20,000 bases of DNA from Catajapyx aquilonaris (taxonomy: Eukaryota), in the NCBI GenBank assembly GCA_000934665.2, contig JYFJ02001435.1, positions 60,352-80,351 of the forward strand, given 5' to 3'. Both the position numbers and the translations under genes were made by a program. Shown piece by piece: positions 1 to 10,200 of this stretch (position 1 is the first letter of the stretch; every line of letters starts with the position of its first letter). A model generated the notes under the pieces. That model had not been told where the DNA came from. It made no database searches and saw only the letters and a list, made by a program, of their open reading frames with translations.

Positions 1-535
1 GTCGTCCTCCTCCCCCACACCGTCGATTCCCTCAGCTGATTCTACCTCACCGTCGACCCCGTCCTCCACCACCTCGCCTGGAGAAGACTTCTCTGGCGCA
101 CCTGGTTGGCTTCCCATTCCCGCACCAGTCGGGCATTCCTCCACAGGAGAGACACTCTGGTCCGCCCCCATTTGTGCCTGGAATCGATGGGAAACCCATG
201 CTGCTGATGGCTGCTCCAGCGGACCAGGTCGAAGGGCATCCAGAGTCGCTCCCGGTTCCGGTCCAAGAGAACAGTCCTTCAGAGTCCCACTCACCACTGG
301 TCCCTCCGGTGGTGCCTGTTCATCGGACAGAGCCTAATGAGCAGCCTCTTGTGCTCCCTCAGAGCGAGGTGCGGCCTCCACCTCACTTGCCCACGGGAGG
401 AAGGTCCTCCCTCAGGGGACCAGCTCCCAGGGGAGTGCACAGAAGTGACGACAACAATGGAGGAGAAGAAGATGGAACTACCGAGACGTTCCCGTACGGA
501 CCACGCAGCCTGGAAGGGCAGGACGACTTCATTGG
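1..535 (+). CDS. 5'-partial Pro-rich exon of a type I membrane protein (probable ZP-domain/cuticlin-like protein)
   Basis: Frame 3 is open from base 3 (RPPPPHRRFPQL...GPRSLEGQDDFIG) to the donor GG|gtatgt at 535/536; GC-rich, coding-like composition. Confidence 0.75.
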
Positions 536-673
536 GTATGTTCAATGGAACGTTTTGCACATTGCCGGCAATGACAAGGGAGACGGCAATTGTGTACCTT
601 GGTATACTGTATACATGGGCAGATGGTCTTCTGAGGCTGTGACCAAACCATCCTGATGACCCACATTTCACAG

Positions 674-824
674 GCACAGTAAACCACGACGCAAGCGACT
701 AGCTGTGCACAGCCGTTCCACGCGTAGTGCAGATGTTGGGGTTGGCAGTGTCTTCCATGTTGTGGCAGAAGTGGACCTGGCCTTCCTTCCTAACACCACG
801 GCTGATGAAATCACAATATTTAAG
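674..824 (+). CDS. Penultimate exon of the same gene: furin-type site RRKR followed by a hydrophobic-patch-like segment (DVGVGSVFHVVAEVDLAF)
   Basis: tttcacag|GCACAGT phase-2 acceptor matches the upstream donor; ends TTTAAG|gtcagt; no stops. The furin site + patch + TM layout is typical of ZP proteins. Confidence 0.8.
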
Positions 825-895
825 GTCAGTTTACAGTTTTAGGAATCCATTGTGGTGGTACTTGAGCTTACTGCAATTCTGTGTCTATTGTCCAG

Positions 896-1141
896 GGTCG
901 CCTAAGAGAAGAGGTGGTATATGGAGTGTGCCTTCCGAAGGCTGGATTTGGGCTTCTCTTTGTGATTCTTGGACTGGCTGCAGCAGTTTCATCCCTAGTG
1001 GCCATCTTCCTGGCCTACCAGAGGCAGCTGCAAAGGCGGCGGACACCACGCTCACAGGCTGCAGTGTCAGGTTCCCCGCAGTATCCGCTGACAGTGTGTG
1101 GAAGGGTTCACTTTTGCAAGAGCAAGAGTAGGAGGCAGTGA
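896..1141 (+). CDS. Last coding exon: juxtamembrane Cys, transmembrane helix and basic cytoplasmic tail
   Basis: ttgtccag|GGTCGC phase 0; GRLREEVVYGVCLP, then FGLLFVILGLAAAVSSLVAIFLAY (TM), then QRQLQRRR; TGA at 1139-1141. Confidence 0.82.
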   Translation, partial: GRLREEVVYGVCLPKAGFGLLFVILGLAAAVSSLVAIFLAYQRQLQRRRTPRSQAAVSGSPQYPLTVCGRVHFCKSKSRRQ

Positions 1142-1734
1142 GACAATAACCAAAAGATATAACGACATGACTGTTCCAATGAGTGCAGTGTTGACAAAAT
1201 GCGGTACCACAACCAGTTATACCTCTACGTGGCATTTCGTGACTGCGACAATCCTTTTGCCTACATTTTTCCCCCAGAGACATGAACTGCATTTATTTTA
1301 CCTTTATTTGTGGTGGTTGGATTACTGGAGGCAAGTCTTCTATATTTTTTCACCTTAAAATTATCTGCAGACATTCTAGTGTACATAGTTTTCTAAACAA
1401 AAAAAAAAAAGACAGAAGGCCTGCATTATTATTCCTGGTGTTCAGTTGCGACACTTGTATTGCAACATTTATTATATAATTTATTGATGTCACTTTCTGA
1501 ATATTTGCTCTATTCCACACAAAAGAATATGGGTAGCAAACAGGACTGGAGTTGCTTTTCCACTCCATGAAAAATTTGCTCAATGTGCGAGAACATTTCT
1601 TAGAATAGTCGACTGGTTAACAGCATTGAAGAAACAGGTGCTCAAAAAAAGATGTCCTCAGCACCAGTTCCATGGTGCTATTGTAGTTTGCAATTCTACA
1701 TGTTACTTATTGTCACTCATATGTAGATCTTAAG

Positions 1735-1771
1735 AATAAATCATGTTAGCATGAGTTTCAACAAATTTATT
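1735..1771. terminator. Facing polyadenylation signals: AATAAA (+, 1735-1740) and AATAAA (-, 1771-1766)
   Basis: Canonical hexamers lie between the two stop codons, with upstream TGTA motifs on each strand (1722-1725 on +; two within 1781-1795 on -). Confidence 0.5.
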
Positions 1772-3785
1772 CATAAATAGAAAGTACAAGTACAGTTCAT
1801 TATGCAACAAGCACGTAACACACTCCAACAATAAATTGCACCCAAGAATGTCCACTTTCACTATTGTTGGAGAATTTCACGGCAAAGAGACTTTCAGAAG
1901 CAGACAAAAGTGAGCAAAATCACACGTTTCTTCTCAGGACTCCTGATGATGGTGAGAGAGAGGAAATTTTCTCATTTTTTTTGCTGTCTTTCTTCCACAA
2001 GAACATGATTTTACATCACCAGTGCTCAGCACCAAGAACAACACTTCTTGGGCTGGATGATTTCTCCACATGGACCAAAAAATGGTGGTGTGATCACACT
2101 GATCCGTCCAACTTCGTATAAAAATGTACCATAAACATACAGTAGCTTGACTACAAGAAACATCGCCATAACCAGCTACCTCATTATTGATCTCTGCATA
2201 GCATAATCCTGTCTTATAATACTAAAGTGTCACTATATTAGTCGTAGAAAAGAACCTGTGTTATTAAGACGCTGATCTTTGGGCCTCATTCAAATATGGC
2301 AACCCCACCTGGTACATAAACAAGTGCGTGCACTGCTGCTCTGGATTGAACTGGATTTTGAAATTTATTGTTGGCACTATTCAAACGACATACAAAAATG
2401 CAAAACATTTTACTTTGTGCATACTTTTATACGCATGCAGGTGAGGCCACATCTACTTGTTCTCTCATATGCGCCGAGAGCATTTTCACCTCGGGTGAAA
2501 ACTGCACTACAGGTGCTTTCAACAATCCCATTGCACTAAGATCATTTTCAAGTTGGGCAAATAACAGGAATTCAGTTCAAAGATGGAGGCTCATATCTTA
2601 TGCAAAAGTCATTTGAAACTTGTATATACACTCATAATTGTCACTTCAGATGCACCTTGAACAATGGGGTAAAAAAAAAAACCAACTGAAAGAGTGTAAA
2701 CTTCATACAAAATTGACAACCCTACACCAGTGCCCCCATTTTTCTTTTATTCAAGTGCTACTGGACTCGAGACCTATTCTGTTCCAGCAGCAACACTGGA
2801 CAGTGCTGCTTTGAAAATTGAATTGTGACTCATTTTCAGCTTTTTCAAAATGGGAAAAGCATTTCAGTTGGAAGCATTTCTGCAAGAAAAAAAAAAAAAA
2901 CCCCTCATAACCTTTTTTCAATCTGGGAGGGAGAAGTACACGCCAGTAAAATCCATAAATCTTAATCAAACTTGGACAGGAAAGGGAGCCAAAACCTGTA
3001 TAATCTTAATCAAACTAGGAGGCATGGGGAGTGAATGCTACTTGTTACTCTACTTTGATGAAATTGTGTTAATTTTGGACACACAATTACGCCTACAGGG
3101 TGACCCATCATGGTCCACTCAAAAGTGGGCTCAACTAACTACCCAAAACTCTGCGAGGGGGAAAGGACATAAAAGACAATGTAACTCCACCTGTACATAA
3201 ACCTGAGTATCACTGCATCAACAGACCTCATTGTTGGGAGTTGCGACTGTCCACTAGTAAGTGTCTTGTAGTACCATCAAAGAACTGACTGAGGAGCAGG
3301 ACACAAATTTGCTGTCCACTTTCACTCAGGCATGCAGACATGTCTCCTGCTAAGTAAACCATTGTCTGCATATGTATGAATGTTCTCAACCATTTCCAGG
3401 AGGATACATGTAAGGTCCTGCCCCACACAGGACAATGTCCTAACATGCAGGGGGAACCTTTTTTTTTTTTTTCCAATCTTATATGCAGGTCCCAACTGCA
3501 TCATTGACAGATCCTTTTTTTGCTTTACTACATTTTTGTTTAATGATACTTTCAAAATCATCTTTGTCAACCCCAAACCAAAATACCAAAAAAAAAAGGG
3601 GGGAAACATACAGAGAAAGTGACGCCCTCAAGCAAATACAATGGTCAGAATTGCTGAGGAAATAGGGGGGTTGAGTTGTGAGAGGAAGTGGACAGTTTTG
3701 CTTAGCAACAACATAAAAGAAAGCAAGACTGTCAGCCTATCCAAATCAACATGTTTCCCATTCGCCCTGTACCTCATCACACAAG

Positions 3786-4267
3786 TTAAGCTGATGTCCC
3801 ATTGACCATCCCTTCTTCCTTCTTTTCATCACCACCCTTTGGGGCTGCCTTCTTGGGTTGTGGGGGGCGACGTGGACGACTTGCTCCTCTGCCACCAGGT
3901 CCCCCCTCACGAGGAGCCCTTGGAGCTTGGGCAGGGGTGGGATTGGTAACGGTGCCTTCACCACTTTCAGCAACTTTCTCCTCTTTTGCGGAGGTAGAAC
4001 TTCCTTCCTCCTTGGCTGGGATGGCTGCTGGAACAGGAACTTCCTTGGCTTGCCCATTGTTGACAGGACCATCGCCATTTCCACCTCCTTTGGTGACAAT
4101 CGTGGAGGCCACTGCACCAGCATAGTCAGTGGAAGGGGTCTCACTACGCCCCCGTGGTCCTCCAAGGCCACTCGGTTGGTGGTGAGGTGGTGCCATCCCA
4201 CGTCGCCTGCGAGGACGACGCTGCTGTTGACGGTGTCGAGTCCCTGAATCCATACTAGAGACTGATT
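3786..4267 (-). CDS. Fmr1: Fmr1 terminal coding exon ([23 protein letters not shown]...[10 protein letters not shown])
   Basis: gccacag|AATCAGTC phase-1 acceptor; basic RRPRRRR cluster; ends in an xVNG motif as FMR1/FXR proteins typically do; TAA at 3788-3786. Confidence 0.92.
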
Positions 4268-7200
4268 CTGTGGCAGATTTAGAAAAATTTTAAAGTTTGT
4301 TTTTCACACCATTATTATTACTGTTCACAGTAATATTTTCCTTTCCATTCATCTTTCATCACTACTCTGCAGATTTTAGTCCTATAGATTGGTCACTATA
4401 TGAACGCAACCAAGTGGCCAATTTTATTACAGGAAGGAATACAGTTTGTAATAAAATTCCTGTAATAAAATTGGCCACTCGGTTGCATTCATATAGTGAC
4501 CGATCTATAATGTGTAACTGCTTGACATGATGGAAGATACTTCATCAACCAACAAGACAGAAGGTAACAAGTAGTGTTAATAAATATTACAACATGCAAC
4601 ACATTAACTCCAAATTTCATCCCAGAAATCACACTTTGAATCAGTTTATTCTACACACTTGCATTATCATGATTTTTTTTTTTCATCAGTGGAAAAATTT
4701 GTACAGTGATTATGATAGGGTGAACCTGGGCAGGAAGAATCAGTCAAGTTACTTACCCCTGTCAAAACTGGCCACACTGGAGACATCCTGACTGTCTAAC
4801 ACGGTGTCGTCATCATCTGTAACTCGACGCCGATCATCCCTCCGATCACGCCTCTGCCTCGGTGGTAGGTCTGACACACGCTCATAAGCATTGTCTGGTG
4901 TCTCTCTGCGGAAGCCTGCACATGGAGGGGGGAAAAAAGCATATCTCAAATAATCAATTGCATATCTCAAATAATTCATCCACACACATTCACTTTCAGA
5001 TTCTACTTTCAAGTAAATCTTTCATGCAAGTTATCATACTGACTTGTCCAACAAAGCATTCCAAGCACCCACCCCACCCACCCACTTCCCCACCATGTCC
5101 CAAAACATTGAGATCATTCTACAAGATTCACAGTACCTGATTAAGTGGAACCTGCTGGTTGCAAAATGCCACAAAAATAATGAAAGAAAATGCTCAGTTG
5201 TGAAGGTGTGGTTAGTCATCACGGCAGCCAACAACGTTGCATACCCTTTCAAGCTGTATGCTTAGGGCAGTTAATACTCTCCATAATAAAACCAAAATTT
5301 TAAACTAAGCACACCATGCAGAAAAGGGAATTCACCGCAAAAATCAACAAAACCAAGTATTTAATTCACCGATGTCATGTGCGCCTCTGGGGCAACTGTT
5401 TCCACAACAATGAAGTTGTGACTTAACACAAACAACAAAAGAAAAGAACCATATTATATATCCGCAAATTATTTTCCTGCGTATGAAAACAAAAAATAAA
5501 AATTGCCGAGATAATAAAGTGTCCTAAGCCTGGCTGAAAGGGTAGCGCCACTCTCTTCCCCCCTCCCACCTCATCACTAATATTCCAGATGTCCTCTGTA
5601 AAAATGGAAGGGATTGATTGGTTGGGGAGACAAAGCTACTTCTTTAAAAAATGGAGAAATTACACACACACACAGATCCTCAATAACTGTACAGGTTTTT
5701 ATTAGAAAAAATTCTGTAAATAAGAGGTACGATCATACGAAATGCCCACAAGCCTGAAGGATCGGCAGCTGAATGCTTGTTTCTCTATTCTCCATCTCGC
5801 TTTTTTCCTCCAACTCCTTCCTTCTCATTCAACAACATACAAAAAAGTTGCCGAAAGGGAAACCCTACATCTCATGTGTCATATCATCAGTTGGTCTCAA
5901 CACTTTGTCCTTCCTTTGTCTAGGCCAGTTTTTCTCCAGTTACGTCTTAGTTTTCATTTCTCTAAGTTCTGATCCGGTGTGGTACAATTATTACACATTG
6001 GCAAAAAAAGTGCAGTACCATCTAACACCAGGGAACAAGTTTCACTTCATCGGCATTGAGTTTAAAAAGTTGTCTCCAAAAGTGCATTGGTTTAACAATA
6101 AGAAAAAAACCACCAGACATTAGGTGTGAAGTACCCTTCCAGCTTGACTTGGAACACTTTTTTTTGTTAATGGTAATATTAGTATATTTTAGGGGACACT
6201 TAGGTTTTGCTATGGGGTAGGAATCAATGAGTGTACACTGGGGTGGCTGGACATTGGTTCTCCGAGAGAGAGAGAGATGACAAAATCTGCTATGACAGCC
6301 CAGTCTCGTAAATGCGTGCACAGAAACAACGTGGTAGTACGAAGGGGGAAAGGTATAAAAAAGCCACAGCTTCAGTTGTGGACCAATTTGCAAAAATGTC
6401 CTGCGCGACTGAGAAAGTGTTGCAAACAGAGATTTGTCCCTGAGATAACAAAGCGCATGAGATTATCCCCCCCTCTTCTACCTCCACATACATCTACTTA
6501 TTGAATCCTTAAGGACAACACTCCATGTGCCCAAAAAGAGGAAGCTGCCTCGCTGTGTTTCTATCCCATCCAGTTTTCACTCTCCCAATGCATTTTCAAG
6601 CCACCCCAGAGTGCTCCTTTACATTGTATTTCCCCACCAGAACTCGGGTCCACAGACCAAGTCAACTCTCAGCCCAATTATGTGGTAAATTCTTCCTAAA
6701 CATGAGGGCGTAGGCAACCCATGCCTTCAGGTGCTAATAACCAAGTCATATTCAGGTTCAGAAACGTCACCTTTCATGAGAGACTTAATACCACACCCAT
6801 GTGAAAGAGACCCAACTTGTGCCACCCGATTCCTATAAATGGTCACCGTGAGATAACGAAGCCTACAATCATACGACAATAGAAACTCACAAATTACTTG
6901 AAGATCAACGTGTGTCTCGTCTGCCAGGTATGAGCTTGTTTTTTTTTTTTTAAACTCCTTGCTTGTTTTACTCATTAAACTCTGCCAAGTAGTGTTAGTG
7001 GCAAAGCATATATTTGATTTCAAACCTGCATGTTATGGTTTGTTACGTCACTCTCCTTTGGCCAGAATTCAAGGCATCCACAACACGCAAAAAAAATCAC
7101 GATGAATGATATTCCATTGCTTCACAACACAGATGTGTGTGTCACAATTGATCAGCCAGGGCTCTCATAACACCACTGTGTTATGTTTTGGTTCAAAACC

Positions 7201-10200
7201 GGAACTTATTGTTAACAGTCTGGTTTTTTTTTTGCCCATTATTTAAATTTTTTCCCCTGACAGGGTTAAAAAATTCATTCACCAACCACCCATATTTTCG
7301 TGTTGCTTTACAATTGCCTTTTTGTAAATATCTCTGCTTATCACTTAAGCCTATGAATAATAATAAGGTAAAACCCTAACTACCGGTGCAGCATTGCTGT
7401 TATTTCAGGAAGGGGTGATCAAGGGTAGACGGGGGATCAATATTGGAAGAGAATCCTTGACACATACACCATGTGTCAAAGAATGAAATGAAATGTTACG
7501 GGCAGGGGATGGGGATAGGACTGGAGGATGAACATAACATTGACACCGCAATGCTCATCATGTTCATAATGGTCGACACATCTCAACCTCATGACTTCAT
7601 GATCAAGAGGTGGGGGCGAGGGGAAATAACTTTTACATTCAGGAGCTCACATTTACAGATACCGGACAAACACACTTCCTCAACATTTTCAAGCAATCTT
7701 CAGACTAGACTTCACAGGGTTCACCCCTGTGGTGGCAAATAAATGTAACATGTTAATTTCATGCCTGACCAAATGAATAATCCCAATGTGACTTCACTCT
7801 TCTTGCATTGGATTACGTTTAGGCCAAAAAAAATACCTTCACGTTCACTTTGGAGATTAAGAATGATCCAGGAAGTGTTACTTGTCATCAGTTAACAAAG
7901 AGGTTCAAAGTCGATGGTGATAGTACAAATGAGCTCATTTAAACAACCTGAAGTAACTTTCTCTATCCATTCTGGATAATTTCTCCACCTGCACCCACAT
8001 GTCTTCCGCAATGTTTCATTTTCCATTAATATTTTAAAAGTACTCTTAATGTCAACTGCTTGTCACTGATCAAGCTGCACCTATGAAATCTACATGTCCA
8101 GTTCATGGAGTCTTGGACCACGACATCTCCATGTGTCCCACTCCTAGTTCACATGAAAGTATTAAATGCTTCCCACCCATCCACCCCAACAAGAATAACT
8201 TGGCTTCCAACAAAGTATATGAGAACAAAAAAATAAAATCATAATAATAATAATTTATACTTCCTACTTGGTTTATCAAATCGCCATCAATGCCAATTTG
8301 ACAGGCACTGTCAAAATAATGGGGATACGGAGAGGGATCTGGTAGCAAATCCTATCAAAATTTACCTTTACATCTCAAGAGGGCAAAATTGCAATGGCAT
8401 GTTGGAACAAGGGAGTGCAACATAAGCAAAGAATATGAGAAACAGTGAAAGCACTAAACTTTACATCAAAATAATGTTGTTGTTTTTTCTTTTTAAAGAA
8501 AAGAAAAGAAAAAAGAATGAGAAACACACTTCTAGATATGTTAGTGTGTTAAAAATGCAAAAGGCATAAAATTGCAAAAAGCATCAAGCCAGTCATGAAA
8601 ATTCTTGCAACAAACAAGCAGAATGAAGGTCGTGTTTTTAATGTTTTTTTTTGACATTTTTCTGTTTTGTTTTGCCCTATGCCACAACAAATTTGACATT
8701 GTTTACTGCAGTCCATTACTTCTGCAGTATATTCCCAGTTTTTTATTGTTTTTTTTTTTGCCTTTTTGTAAATGGGATACATTCTACAACTTGTTAACTA
8801 TCGCCTCATGTGTCTTTGTTTTTTTGCAGCATATTAGAAATTGCTTTCCTAGAAAAATGCACCATTCCATCCTTGGAATCCATGAGGAATAGAAATACTA
8901 CTGTACCTTTTTTTCTCACATGGTGCAGTGAATGATAAACAAAATCACAACTCAAAATCCGACTGCACATTAACATCGTTGAAACTACATTATGAAGAAA
9001 TGGAGGTTGCTCTCCTCCTTGTATGGTTTGCCTACCTGATCGTGTGTGGCAAAATTTAAAGGTATGTCATAGAATTCCATGGAGAACTCTGCTTTCGGGT
9101 TCGTTTCGGTAAACTACAGTTCACGTCCCTTTTTCTTTTCATGTCACATCGTTAGTGACTGTATCATCATAAGATTCAATGCTGGTAGATAGGAAAATGT
9201 ACTAGGTTCTTCAATACTCGCATTTCTAGCAACTATTCCAATTTAACTTTCATCCCTTCTGCCACCCAATAAAAATAAAACAGAATAAACCCAAAACCAA
9301 TTATCAAGTCTCCCATTGCTTAAACTCGAATTACTTCCAAAGGCAACTAATGTCCCCAAAAGAAGGATCATGAAATTCCCCCAATTTCCTATCTACCAGT
9401 CAGTCCATAATCAAGAAACTCTGGTCCAAAATGGGTTTGTTCACGTCATATTTGCAGTCATACTGATTGATGTCAGATGGTACCCTTACTGCCAACATCG
9501 TTGGCCCAGCCTTTTCAGCTCAGGTTCCTCACCTGGCAGCTGCAGGCTGGAGAGAGCAGGGGATAAAGGGTGGAATAACAGGGTGGAGAGGAAGAATGGC
9601 AAAGGAAACAATTATGAACAGAAATGTCAACAAGCACAATCACAGCACCACCCTTCGCAACAAACACCCTGAGAAATTGGAGATGAGGGGGTCACAAAGT
9701 AAGACTAATAATAACATTACTAACTTGCTGCCAAGTGAGGAAAACCTTTCACCCATGCTCCATTCAGCTCAAACAGCAATCAGTATGATGCATTTTAAAT
9801 CTTGAGAATAGTTGTCCTAAACAGTGTTTTTATCCCTTGAAATCCATATGAAGTGGCCCATTACTCGAGTCACTTCCTTTCCTTGTCAAGTGGTGGTCGC
9901 CCTCCCCCGCCTCCTGCACCCCCCCTTCCTCCAGGTCCCCTATCTCCACCACCTCTCCCACCCCGCCCACCTCCACCACCACCTCCATTGGCCCCCCTTC
10001 CACCCCCTCCTCCACCAGTCCCTGCTCCACCTCCTCTTGGAGGTGGTCCCTTTTTCTCGGCATTGTTGATATAGTCTGAGATTGTGTTACCAGCGTTGTA
10101 GCGGCCTCCGCCTCCGCCGCTTCCCCCACCTCCACCCCCTCCTCCTCCATCACCATGCCTACCAGGGCCTCCTCCACCACGTCCTCCTCTCCCGCGTCCC

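Noticed and set aside
3746..4247. Overlapping ORFs on both strands of the last Fmr1 exon, including a 151-aa alternative frame
   Set aside because: I found no splice path into the alternative frame; they are explained by GC-rich coding sequence.
5742..9805. Numerous 60-120 aa ORFs in the large Fmr1 intron/UTR
   Set aside because: No recognisable domains, homopolymer-driven composition and no coherent splice structure.
9861..9872. Stop-codon readthrough context TGA-C at the short-isoform stop
   Set aside because: Readthrough would add only two more sense codons before TAA, and nothing else supports it.
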